Below, piece by piece: positions 18,051 through 26,060 of a DNA stretch of 28,277 nucleotides (positions within the stretch are counted from its first letter, which is position 1; each line of letters starts with the position of its first letter). The notes under the pieces were generated by a model. That model worked only from the letters and a program-made list of their open reading frames with translations, did not search any database and was not told the origin of the DNA. The position numbers and the translations under genes were made by a program. Location: positions 1 through 28,277 of the IMG/VR virus record IMGVR_UViG_3300005663_000171. One strand, written 5' to 3'. The stretch is from a virus. Its lineage: Duplodnaviria > Caudoviricetes.

Positions 18051-18383
18051 ATGAGACAAGTAGAACTAGAAGCAGTCATCGCAGGTGGCAGTGCCAATTC
18101 AGGCGGCATCAATGTCAAGGGAGCGATGGTCGTCGGGATCTATACCGACTCCGATTTCGCAGGTGCAGCCCTAGCAGCCGAGGTCTCCAACGACGGGGGA
18201 TCTACCTGGTTTGACGTACAGACAGCAGCCGGCGTCGATGTTTCAATCATCATCGGAGCCAGTGAGTTCTCTCGTTTGGATCCTGCTGACTGGGCCTTCG
18301 CTGAGACGCTACGCTTTGTGTCCGATGGGGCGCAGGGTGGCGGCACACCCTCTACCCTAACAGTCGTTGTCCTGGCAGACTAA
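18051..18383 (+). CDS. Small beta-sandwich protein, probably virion-associated
   Basis: GGAGGT RBS; EVSNDGGSTWF...LRFVS pattern common in small phage structural jelly rolls. Confidence 0.55.
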   Translation: MRQVELEAVIAGGSANSGGINVKGAMVVGIYTDSDFAGAALAAEVSNDGGSTWFDVQTAAGVDVSIIIGASEFSRLDPADWAFAETLRFVSDGAQGGGTPSTLTVVVLAD

Positions 18384-18385
18384 GC

Positions 18386-19024
18386 ATGATGATCAAAGCT
18401 AAGCGCCGAGAAGCTCAGCGGCGTTTGCTCCTGTTCTCGGGGGCACGGCCAGCAATCGCTTATGGCACCTTGCTATTCGTGGACCTATTCAACGACTCCG
18501 ACGGGGTGGGGCTAGACGCACACACACCCGACCTAGACCTGGCCGGCAACGGATGGGTTGAGCAGGCGGGCACTTGGGAGATCCAGGGTGACACACTTGA
18601 ATTGCAAGACCAAGTGGTGGCAGACTACGCTGCGACCGTAGACATTGACCGGACGACAGACTTTGAGGTTGAGTTTGAGATCACTCAGATATCCCTGATT
18701 GACCACAACATACAGCTACTCCTTCGCTATGTCGATTCGAGCAACCTGATTAGGCTACTTTTGTTCGAGGGTGGGGATTGGGATCTACAAGACACAGGTG
18801 GGGGGGACGGGCTATTTGCGAATGGAGCCGGCCTGCGCCTGGTAGTCGGCAGCGTGGTGAGGGTACGACTTGAAGCTAACACGTTCTCCGTATATCACAA
18901 CGATGTACTGCAAGGATCGGGCACGAGCTCATCGCACAGCGCAGCGACGACAATAGGGATCAGGGACAGAGACGTAGACGAGGTAGTACAGACTAGGTTT
19001 GATAACTTCATCGTGAGAGAGTAG
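18386..19024 (+). CDS. Concanavalin A/lectin-like beta-sandwich protein (possible virion appendage)
   Basis: F.D.F...L..HTPD...W....W.I...; RYVD..N; C-terminal RFDNF.V. Confidence 0.5.
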   Translation: MMIKAKRREAQRRLLLFSGARPAIAYGTLLFVDLFNDSDGVGLDAHTPDLDLAGNGWVEQAGTWEIQGDTLELQDQVVADYAATVDIDRTTDFEVEFEITQISLIDHNIQLLLRYVDSSNLIRLLLFEGGDWDLQDTGGGDGLFANGAGLRLVVGSVVRVRLEANTFSVYHNDVLQGSGTSSSHSAATTIGIRDRDVDEVVQTRFDNFIVRE

Positions 19025-19026
19025 AC

Positions 19027-19473
19027 ATGGCAGGCATCTTTGACAACTTCCTTGAGCAGCTTATCCCGGCCATGGGTTCAGGCATACGTCAGTGGAACAT
19101 AGGGACCGAGCCCATCAGGGACTACTTCAATCCCGTGCTCGGGTTGGGGGATCCGGAACGTCACAAGCAGCTTGTGTCGGCGCTGACGGGCGGACAGACA
19201 GCCAGGCAGGTACTACTGGGCGAGCTCGGAGATCTCAAGTTTCAGCAGGGCATCGATCAAGCCCTCGACGCAGCCGGTGGTATAGCCTCGTTTGTTGGTG
19301 ACATTCAGCCTGACATCCTTAGCTATCTCTTTCAGAAGCCCTACCCCTCCGAGGGAGAGTTTCGGGAGAGGCAAGGGCCTGGTCTTGGCCAGGCTAGGAA
19401 CCGCAGGGGCAGGAGAAAGAAAGGCACCCCACCTCCCAGCACCATACCTAACTACACACCGGGCAGAGCATAG
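19027..19473 (+). CDS. Hypothetical protein
   Basis: Co-directional, tightly packed ORF. Confidence 0.55.
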   Translation: MAGIFDNFLEQLIPAMGSGIRQWNIGTEPIRDYFNPVLGLGDPERHKQLVSALTGGQTARQVLLGELGDLKFQQGIDQALDAAGGIASFVGDIQPDILSYLFQKPYPSEGEFRERQGPGLGQARNRRGRRKKGTPPPSTIPNYTPGRA

Positions 19474-20096
19474 TGACCGTACCCAAGACACTTACTGACT
19501 ACGTAAAAAGGGGACCGTTCGATGAGATTGACACCCCCTTCTCCGCAGTAGACTACCTGATCCCGTCGCTGCGCAAGCTGGCCAAGTTCGATGGCTCCTT
19601 CATGCGAGAGCCCGTAATTTGGGAGAGTGCGCCCCCGAGAGATCGACCGAGTCTGCTGGCCAATCATCTCGAGCAGCGTGGCTTCTCAGTGATAGCCTTC
19701 TCCGGTATTGACTACTTCCAAGGTGCCCCCGACCGAGACAGCTTCGATGTGATAGTGACCAATCCTCCCTTCTCCCTCAAGGAGCCATGGGTGACGAGAA
19801 CCATGAGCTTCGGCAAGCCGTGGGCTCTACTACTACCAATCACTGCACTGGGCTGCAGGCGCAGCAATCTCAATGTCTACCTATCTGAGTGCCAGATCAT
19901 CCTGCCTCCCAGGCGGGTTGACTTCGTTGGTAAGAAGCGGCCATGGCAGTATGTAGCGTGGTACACCTGGGGGTTCAACCTGCCGGGTGGCAACCTGATC
20001 CCGGTCGACGACGATGGCCAACCGCTAGAACACAAGAGCTATCTTGACTCGGACCAAAGCGACAGTATGATTGTTGCATCTGAAACAATCAGATGA
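19473..20096 (+). CDS. DNA amino-methyltransferase (NPPF type)
   Basis: DE..TP..AV..LIP; IWE; DYF; IVTNPPFS.K; PWALLLP; RVDF. Confidence 0.8.
   Translation: MTVPKTLTDYVKRGPFDEIDTPFSAVDYLIPSLRKLAKFDGSFMREPVIWESAPPRDRPSLLANHLEQRGFSVIAFSGIDYFQGAPDRDSFDVIVTNPPFSLKEPWVTRTMSFGKPWALLLPITALGCRRSNLNVYLSECQIILPPRRVDFVGKKRPWQYVAWYTWGFNLPGGNLIPVDDDGQPLEHKSYLDSDQSDSMIVASETIR
20044..20071 (+). promoter_or_regulatory. Sigma70-type promoter TTGACT-N16-TATGAT
   Basis: Lies in the 3' end of the MTase gene, upstream of a small-gene cluster. Confidence 0.5.
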
Positions 20097-20404
20097 CATC
20101 TTACATCGAACGCACACCTAACCTAACACTCCTGCTTACTGCAGTTCTCGACTTCGGGGATGGCCCATTCGAGGACTGCATTGTGATTCAGGTCGAAGAT
20201 CGCCTCGGGCAGATCATCACCCCCGATCCAGAAGCAACCGAGGAGATGCAGCAAAGGATCGACGATAGGTTGCAACACTACAGCACCAAGAGGAGGCTGG
20301 ACAACGACATCCACGTGCTTCCCCTCCAGTCGGGCGACTGCACCCATGGGCTACCCAAGTTTGTTTGCACAATCTGTCAGCAGCCAGGAGGCGACTATGC
20401 CTGA
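20093..20404 (+). CDS. Hypothetical protein with C-terminal CxH..CxxC
   Basis: ATGA overlap; CTHGLPKFVCTIC. Confidence 0.55.
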   Translation: MTSYIERTPNLTLLLTAVLDFGDGPFEDCIVIQVEDRLGQIITPDPEATEEMQQRIDDRLQHYSTKRRLDNDIHVLPLQSGDCTHGLPKFVCTICQQPGGDYA

Positions 20405-20597
20405 CGCACCGGAGCCCGTGAACGCCAAGCAGGGTGGCATCTGGTATGCGCTCTACTTCAATGGCTACACCGACGACGAGATCTCAGCGTGGTTCGAGGA
20501 GAAGCACGGCTACAAGCCTAACGTCATCATTCACACGGGCGGTGGCAAGCTGGCCGGTCCACTGGCGTACGATCCAAAGGAGCCGAAGCATGACTGA
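20397..20597 (+). CDS. Hypothetical protein
   Basis: GGAGG RBS before ATG 20397. Confidence 0.6.
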   Translation: MPDAPEPVNAKQGGIWYALYFNGYTDDEISAWFEEKHGYKPNVIIHTGGGKLAGPLAYDPKEPKHD

Positions 20598-20850
20598 CAA
20601 ACTGAGCGCAAGTGAGCGCATGCATAGGTCGGCGCTAGACACTGACCCTGAAATGTTTATCGCTCTTAGTTCCGATGCTACACATGAATTGGCCGACGAA
20701 GTAGCCACCCTCGAACAGCGGGCGGAGTGGATGAAGCGTGTCCTAACAAGCATGGACAGTATTACTTGGATGCGTTGGGTCGAAGGCCCTTACTACGCAA
20801 CGGGCGACATGAACGAGCTTGAGTTTTTTCGAGCCCTCGCAGAGGAGTAA
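20590..20850 (+). CDS. Hypothetical protein
   Basis: AAGGAG RBS before ATG 20590. Confidence 0.6.
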   Translation: MTDKLSASERMHRSALDTDPEMFIALSSDATHELADEVATLEQRAEWMKRVLTSMDSITWMRWVEGPYYATGDMNELEFFRALAEE

Positions 20851-20854
20851 GACA

Positions 20855-21082
20855 GTGCCAACTAGAGCATCACTGCTAGCAGCAGGTCTGGATCCAGACG
20901 AGGCTCGAGCCAGGAAAGTGTGCTACGTGTGTGACGAGCCGTTGACCTCTGGCCTCTGTCAGCGTGACGAACCCACCCCCAAGGCAGCACGCAAGGGTGT
21001 GGTCCTGGGTGACAGACACCGGGCCTGTGAGCCCAGTGAGCACGCCGACAGCTCGAGGAAAGTCTACTTGGGGGTAGGCTGA
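20855..21082 (+). CDS. Hypothetical zinc-binding protein
   Basis: GAGGAG RBS; CYVC...HRAC. Confidence 0.5.
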   Translation: MPTRASLLAAGLDPDEARARKVCYVCDEPLTSGLCQRDEPTPKAARKGVVLGDRHRACEPSEHADSSRKVYLGVG

Positions 21083-21345
21083 TGGATCAAATCAAGACCC
21101 ACATATCGGGCATGGAGGTCGACGTAACCAAGGACATCTTTGCCAAGAACATCACCATTGACTTCTTTGCAGGAGGCAAGCAGAAGATAGGCTTCGTCAG
21201 GTTCAGCAAGATCACCGACGCTACCTACCTGTTCGAGCTCAACATCAAAGGCAAGAAGGTAGGCTTGAGCTACACCATTCCCCAAGAAGGCGTGGACACG
21301 AGCGAGTACGACGACCCAACCAGGCCCCCATACCAGGAGAGCTGA
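21082..21345 (+). CDS. Hypothetical protein
   Basis: TGATG coupling with the upstream gene. Confidence 0.6.
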   Translation: MDQIKTHISGMEVDVTKDIFAKNITIDFFAGGKQKIGFVRFSKITDATYLFELNIKGKKVGLSYTIPQEGVDTSEYDDPTRPPYQES

Positions 21346-21373
21346 TGGAGAGTAGACGACAGCGAGTACACGG

Positions 21374-21949
21374 ATGCAGCCCATCATGACGCTATCGATT
21401 GAGGATAGGGCAGAGCAACAGCCCTTTACTGTCGCAGAGAGCGGCTGGTTGCACGGAATATGGTACTGCAGTACAGCCTGGCAGAAGGCGAAGCTGCACG
21501 GGCAGTTCCCCGGCAACCTCTGGAAGCGCTTCCGCTCTCTGTTCCCCGACGTAGACGACAGCAAGCTGCTGCATCTGTGCTCGGGGACCGTTCAGACACC
21601 AGAGGTACGGATGGACATATCGAGGGAGTTCACCCCATCTGTGCAGGCCAACGTTGAGATGCTACCGTTCTCGGAGGGGCAGTTCGATCTCGTATTTATA
21701 GACCCACCATATTCAAAAGAGGATGCAGCCAAGTATGGGGTGTCGATGCTAAACAGAAAGCGGACGATGGCGGAAGCGAGGAGAGTGTTGGCGGTGGGTG
21801 GCAACCTGGCGTGGCTAGATGTTAGGTATCCATCCTATCGACGTAAGGACTGGGCGATATGGGGGCTGATCGGGGTGGTGACGGGCTTCATGAGGGTTGT
21901 ACGAGTTCTGTCTATATTTGAGAGACTGGCCGATGTCCCTACTGACTGA
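21374..21949 (+). CDS. DNA amino-methyltransferase (DPPY type)
   Basis: LHLCSG; DI; LPF...FDLVFIDPPYS..DA..YG; EARRVL..GG. Confidence 0.75.
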   Translation: MQPIMTLSIEDRAEQQPFTVAESGWLHGIWYCSTAWQKAKLHGQFPGNLWKRFRSLFPDVDDSKLLHLCSGTVQTPEVRMDISREFTPSVQANVEMLPFSEGQFDLVFIDPPYSKEDAAKYGVSMLNRKRTMAEARRVLAVGGNLAWLDVRYPSYRRKDWAIWGLIGVVTGFMRVVRVLSIFERLADVPTD

Positions 21950-22172
21950 GTTTGGTATCAAGATCCAGACACAGCCCCGTCCCTACTGCCGGGAGTGCGG
22001 CGGGCAGATGTACCTCCGCATACCCAAGCCCGACGCTGACTGGCAGGCCTTCTGGGGGTGTTCGGAATACAAGGCTGGGTGCGGCGGAAGCAGGAACATA
22101 GACCCACACACTGGAGAACCCGAGCACCATGCACAAGAATGGACCCAAGGAGTGACAAGCGATGGAGACTAA
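21933..22172 (+). CDS. Topoisomerase-type C4 zinc-ribbon protein
   Basis: CRECGGQM.LR...FWGCS.Y..GC.GSRN. Confidence 0.75.
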   Translation: MSLLTEFGIKIQTQPRPYCRECGGQMYLRIPKPDADWQAFWGCSEYKAGCGGSRNIDPHTGEPEHHAQEWTQGVTSDGD

Positions 22173-22701
22173 GAAATCTTACGAGAGACGGAACGAAGAC
22201 GGGGAGTGGGTGTCGGAGAGCTCGGGTGTCGAAAACTCGGCTTCACTGGTGGAGCCTGTCATCATAGCGGGCGACGAGTCAGGACCATCACCGGATCTGA
22301 CGGACGACTCGGGACCGTCGCTGCCATTGATTACGGCTGTGGAGGGGACAACATTCAGCCCCGCAAGGCAAGAGATTTTCAGCGATATATTCATGGAGCG
22401 TGAGCGTCAAGACGAGAAGTGGGGGCCAGTACCCAGGCAAAACCACACATTTGGAAGGTGGCTACAAATCCTTATTGAGGAGCTGGGCGAGGCGAGCGAG
22501 GCCAACCTAAACGTCGTGTTCTCGACCGAGACGGGCAATGATGTGGCGCACAGGGAAGCCGATGTAGACCACGAGCTCACCCAGGCAGCAGCAGTGCTAG
22601 TGGCCTGGCTCGAGCACCGGGCAGGCATACGAGAGCAGCAGGGGCCAAGCAAGCAACACCTGGCAGCAATCAGAGACGATCAGCAAAGGAGAAGCGAATG
22701 A
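22162..22701 (+). CDS. MazG-like nucleotide pyrophosphohydrolase
   Basis: ERERQDEKWG..QNH...W..IL.EELGEA...EL.Q.AAV.VAWLE. Confidence 0.8.
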   Translation: METKKSYERRNEDGEWVSESSGVENSASLVEPVIIAGDESGPSPDLTDDSGPSLPLITAVEGTTFSPARQEIFSDIFMERERQDEKWGPVPRQNHTFGRWLQILIEELGEASEANLNVVFSTETGNDVAHREADVDHELTQAAAVLVAWLEHRAGIREQQGPSKQHLAAIRDDQQRRSE

Positions 22702-22928
22702 AAGCATTACGCATGATGGTCGGGTTTATGTGTGGACTAACAACGATAGTCGCCGTGCTGTGGCTGCTATCGGTGCTGTGGCAGGCACCGATCTTGATAC
22801 TGGCAGTGGTTCTATTCCCTATCAGTCTGTTGTTTCTGCCCCTGGTGCCAACCATCCTCGCTGTGGTGCACACGTATGTCATCATCGCACTGGCGAGCCT
22901 AACGGTAGCCCTATTCGATGGCAGCTAA
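22698..22928 (+). CDS. Small very hydrophobic membrane protein
   Basis: AAGGAG RBS; almost entirely hydrophobic. Confidence 0.6.
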   Translation: MKALRMMVGFMCGLTTIVAVLWLLSVLWQAPILILAVVLFPISLLFLPLVPTILAVVHTYVIIALASLTVALFDGS

Positions 22929-23079
22929 GAAAGTACTGACTGAGAGAGTAGCGTTCTATCTGACCAAGAAAGAAGTGGTTGCCTTGAGGGCAGCAGCGCA
23001 GAGGGATTGCAGGTCGGTATCAAGCATGGCCCGTAAGCTAATCAGCGATGGCGTCAAGGAGCAGCAGCGTGGCCGCTAA
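22918..23079 (+). CDS. Ribbon-helix-helix (Arc/CopG-like) regulator, 53 aa
   Basis: Manual translation MAAKKVLTERVAFYLTKKEVVALRAAAQRDCRSVSSMARKLISDGVKEQQRGR shows the strand-helix-RS.S-helix pattern. Confidence 0.7.
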   Translation: MAAKKVLTERVAFYLTKKEVVALRAAAQRDCRSVSSMARKLISDGVKEQQRGR

Positions 23080-23416
23080 GAAGGGCACGAGCGAGGGGGT
23101 CAAGTTCCAGCTCCGCAAGGGACTATCGCTGAACAAGGGGTGCGAGGCAGCGGGGTACAGCAAGAGCACGCTGTGGCGCCAGCGCCAGGCAGATCCCAAG
23201 CTCGATGCTGAGATCAAGAACCTGATGGCGGGGCGTAAGCCGCTGAGGTCAACGCACCTAAATCTCACGGGAAGGGGCACAAAACAGGCACAAGGGGCCC
23301 AGGAATTCTGGGACAGGTGGAATGCAGCAGCCAAGAAGGGCAAGCTGCGCAAGGAGTTCGGGCTTCGCATAAACGATCGGCGCCCACCAGTCAGGAGGGT
23401 AATCGTAATCACATGA
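23069..23416 (+). CDS. HTH DNA-binding protein
   Basis: LRKGLSLNKGCEAAGYSKSTLWRQRQADP; AAGGAG before GTG 23069. Confidence 0.6.
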   Translation: MAAKKGTSEGVKFQLRKGLSLNKGCEAAGYSKSTLWRQRQADPKLDAEIKNLMAGRKPLRSTHLNLTGRGTKQAQGAQEFWDRWNAAAKKGKLRKEFGLRINDRRPPVRRVIVIT

Positions 23417-23592
23417 GTGGCGTCCGATATAAGGATTGCTACTGCCACACCTGCGATCGAGACATCCATCACTTGGGTATTGCAGGGCACCGAGCAGCAC
23501 ACCGTAGACGTCGAGAAGATTGCCGGATAACATTCAGCGACGGAAGGACATCTTATTATCGGTACTCCCGCATAAAGGAGGCAACGGCATGA
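23413..23592 (+). CDS. Small C2H2-like zinc-finger protein
   Basis: CHTC...H..AH; ATGA overlap. Confidence 0.6.
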   Translation: MSGVRYKDCYCHTCDRDIHHLGIAGHRAAHRRRREDCRITFSDGRTSYYRYSRIKEATA

Positions 23593-23930
23593 GAAAACTC
23601 AAGGCACTGGAGCACCACATATCGACAAACCGACTGGACGAGATGGGTGCGTGCGACCACTACATCGACCGCTTCGCCAAGCAGTTCCCAAAGTCAGTGA
23701 AGATCACGAGAAAGAACCTGCAGGCGGTAGCAAGATGGATCCCTGCTTGGTGGTTCGAGACTCAGTACCTGAGATTGAACGACAAAACCTACCACGATCT
23801 AAGTAGTCGGGCCTTTTACCTGTGTATAGATCGGGGCATTGAAGCGAGAACACCCGTGACCAGGGCGCACACTATCGAGCACAAGCGCATACGCATGGAA
23901 GTCCTGGCTGACTACCTCGGGCTGCCATGA
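23589..23930 (+). CDS. Hypothetical protein
   Basis: AAGGAGG RBS; L..MGAC...F...FP phage motif. Confidence 0.6.
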   Translation: MRKLKALEHHISTNRLDEMGACDHYIDRFAKQFPKSVKITRKNLQAVARWIPAWWFETQYLRLNDKTYHDLSSRAFYLCIDRGIEARTPVTRAHTIEHKRIRMEVLADYLGLP

Positions 23931-24021
23931 CCACCTACTCACGCCACGGTCGAGGATCTCGGACGGCTGGGGTTCGAGGTCGTATGAAGACTCAAAAAGA
24001 CTCGTCAGCCAAGCGCAGTAA

Positions 24022-24051
24022 GTAGCGACGAGTCGAGATACGTGCTACCAT
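24022..24051 (+). promoter_or_regulatory. Putative phage late promoter C (GTAGCG-N18-TACCAT, TG-extended)
   Basis: Intergenic, upstream of the tail-fibre locus; shared motif. Confidence 0.55.
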
Positions 24052-24052
24052 G

Positions 24053-24077
24053 GAGCCCTCAGACGAGGGCTCTTTTT
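24053..24077 (+). terminator. Intrinsic terminator GAGCCCTC-AGAC-GAGGGCTC-TTTTT
   Basis: Perfect 8-bp stem, 4-nt loop and T5 tract. Confidence 0.75.
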
Positions 24078-24079
24078 CT

Positions 24080-24457
24080 ATGGCGGAAGAAAAACTAATC
24101 ATCACGGAAGAGGATGCAAACAACGCTGTTGGCTTCCGCATTGATGACATAAAGGAGTTCGACTATGAGCTGCGTCAGAGCGGCGGAGGTACGACGCAGC
24201 TTCTCGTGCTAACGCTGGCCGATCGCACGGTGACGTTCAGTGGCGCCGAGGCTACGACGGTGTACGCCACGATCAAAGACTCGTTCAGCGAGGGCGGTGC
24301 AGATGCCTCGCCAGCGCCAATCGAGACCACACAAGCGAGCATAGATGTAGCGACGCAGTTGATAGCTGAACTGCAGAAGGCTCTATCAGCGGTGGCGGGT
24401 GGCGTGTTCATCCGGGTAGGGACTGACGGCACACCAATAGAGATGGACGCAAGCTAG
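24080..24457 (+). CDS. Stand-alone paralog of the tail-fibre N-terminal domain (125 aa)
   Basis: About 70% identical (88/125 by hand) to the N-terminus of the next gene. Confidence 0.75.
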   Translation: MAEEKLIITEEDANNAVGFRIDDIKEFDYELRQSGGGTTQLLVLTLADRTVTFSGAEATTVYATIKDSFSEGGADASPAPIETTQASIDVATQLIAELQKALSAVAGGVFIRVGTDGTPIEMDAS

Positions 24458-24710
24458 TGGCAGAAGAGAAACTAATCATCGTCGAGGAGGACGCCACGAA
24501 TGCAGTAGGTTTTCGTATTGACGACATCAATGATCTAACCTACGAGGAGCGTCAAAGCGGAGGGCTAGGTACGATCCAGCTACTAAACTTAGAGCTGGGG
24601 AGCGGCAAGAGGGTATCATTCAGAGGGGCCGAAGCAGTAACGGTCTACGCCACGATCAAAGACTCGTTCAGCGAGGGCGGTGCAGATGCCTCGCCAGCGC
24701 CAATCGAGAC
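24263..24710 (+). repeat. 65-bp identical direct repeat (24263-24327 and 24646-24710)
   Basis: TACGCCACGATCAAAGACTCGTTCAGCGAGGGCGGTGCAGATGCCTCGCCAGCGCCAATCGAGAC in both paralogs. Confidence 0.95.
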
Positions 24711-25773
24711 AACCCAGGCTAGCATACTGACACAGATGGAGCTGATAGATGACATGCGTGACGCTCTCTCGAGCGTGGCGGGTGGTGTATTCATGCGGAT
24801 CGGGACGGACGGAGTACCGCTGAAAGTAACGATAACCGGAATAGATCACAACATTCTCGACGGCGACGTACATGGCGACAGCGTGGCCGATGCTGTTACT
24901 CAGGGTTCGCTTGTCGTCGGAAACGCAACCCCGAAATGGGATGAACTTATTTTAGGCGCAGATAATGATGTCCTGGCCAGCGACGGATCGGATCTTGCTT
25001 ATGAAACGCTCGCTTCGCTTTTGAAAGCGACCCTATTGACCTCCGATGGGGATCTGCTTGTCAGGACTGGAGGAAACGTAACCCGATTGGCGGCGGGTGC
25101 GGCCGACGAGCTTTTAGCAATCTCCGGCGGAGATCCGACCTGGGTAAATAAGATCAGCCGTAAACAATTTATAACTAACTATCCGACCTATTTCAAAGAT
25201 TGGCGTGATTTAGTTGGTTTTACAGAGGCGCACTCAGGTACAGGTGCATTTACGGCCGGGTTTATGTTCGGAACGATCAAAACAGGAACAACACTAAACT
25301 CGGAAGGAATTATTCATTCAACCGATCACTTTTGGGTACTTACTGGCACGACAGCATTTATCACACAGTTGTTGACTAGAATAAATATTGACACTGTTGT
25401 TACTAATTCACTGATATGGATTGGCATGTTCGATAATCAAACTGCACCGACTGCAACCGAGGAGCATATAGGTTGGAAGATATTGAATGGCGATTTATTT
25501 GCTAGCTGTGGAAATGGATCAGATGGAAACTTAGAAGATACCGGAGTAGACATTGTGGCGTTTGGTACATATGACCTATATATAAAGAACACACCCAATA
25601 AGGTTGAATATTATGTCAGTAATGTTCTAAAGGCTACCTTCGAAACCAACCTACCTACATCGGGATTTGAGCTTCATATTACTTACTATGTGAAAACGAC
25701 GGATACGGTTAGTAAGCAGTTCAAAACATTTCCGTTCTGGCTGACACACGGACCTAATGTAGACTTTGACTAG
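24457..25773 (+). CDS. Tail fibre / receptor-binding protein
   Basis: GDL(L/I)V.......RL..G....L...G..P.W fibre repeats; AT-rich lectin-like C-terminal domain. Confidence 0.7.
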   Translation: MAEEKLIIVEEDATNAVGFRIDDINDLTYEERQSGGLGTIQLLNLELGSGKRVSFRGAEAVTVYATIKDSFSEGGADASPAPIETTQASILTQMELIDDMRDALSSVAGGVFMRIGTDGVPLKVTITGIDHNILDGDVHGDSVADAVTQGSLVVGNATPKWDELILGADNDVLASDGSDLAYETLASLLKATLLTSDGDLLVRTGGNVTRLAAGAADELLAISGGDPTWVNKISRKQFITNYPTYFKDWRDLVGFTEAHSGTGAFTAGFMFGTIKTGTTLNSEGIIHSTDHFWVLTGTTAFITQLLTRINIDTVVTNSLIWIGMFDNQTAPTATEEHIGWKILNGDLFASCGNGSDGNLEDTGVDIVAFGTYDLYIKNTPNKVEYYVSNVLKATFETNLPTSGFELHITYYVKTTDTVSKQFKTFPFWLTHGPNVDFD

Positions 25774-25850
25774 GGGCCGGCAGCACGCGATCATCGCACT
25801 AAAGGACAGGCTAAGCGGTACACTATTGAAATGAGACAACTGGGGGCCAT

Positions 25851-26060
25851 ATGAGCAAACACAAGAGAAGCAAGTTGACAGATCCGATGACCACAGAGAA
25901 GGCGGTAAGGTTGCTAGCAAAGCAGCGTGACGAGAGAGTCAAAGCGGTGCAGGTGGGCATACAGGAGCTGCTTGAAAAGTACGACTGCGCCTTGGACATG
26001 CGGATCACGTTGGGCAGCCAGGGGGTTGCAGGGAGCAGCATTGTAATTAGCCCGAAGTAA
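25851..26060 (+). CDS. Hypothetical protein
   Basis: GGGGG RBS; 69 aa. Confidence 0.55.
   Translation: MSKHKRSKLTDPMTTEKAVRLLAKQRDERVKAVQVGIQELLEKYDCALDMRITLGSQGVAGSSIVISPK

Noticed and set aside
23927-24025. 32-aa ORF, or stop read-through of the 23589 gene
   Set aside because: No clear RBS or motif; cannot be distinguished from chance.
24263-24710. 65-bp repeat as a DGR template/variable repeat
   Set aside because: The copies are identical, with no adenine-specific mismatches. They are not at the C-terminal tip, and no reverse transcriptase is in the window.
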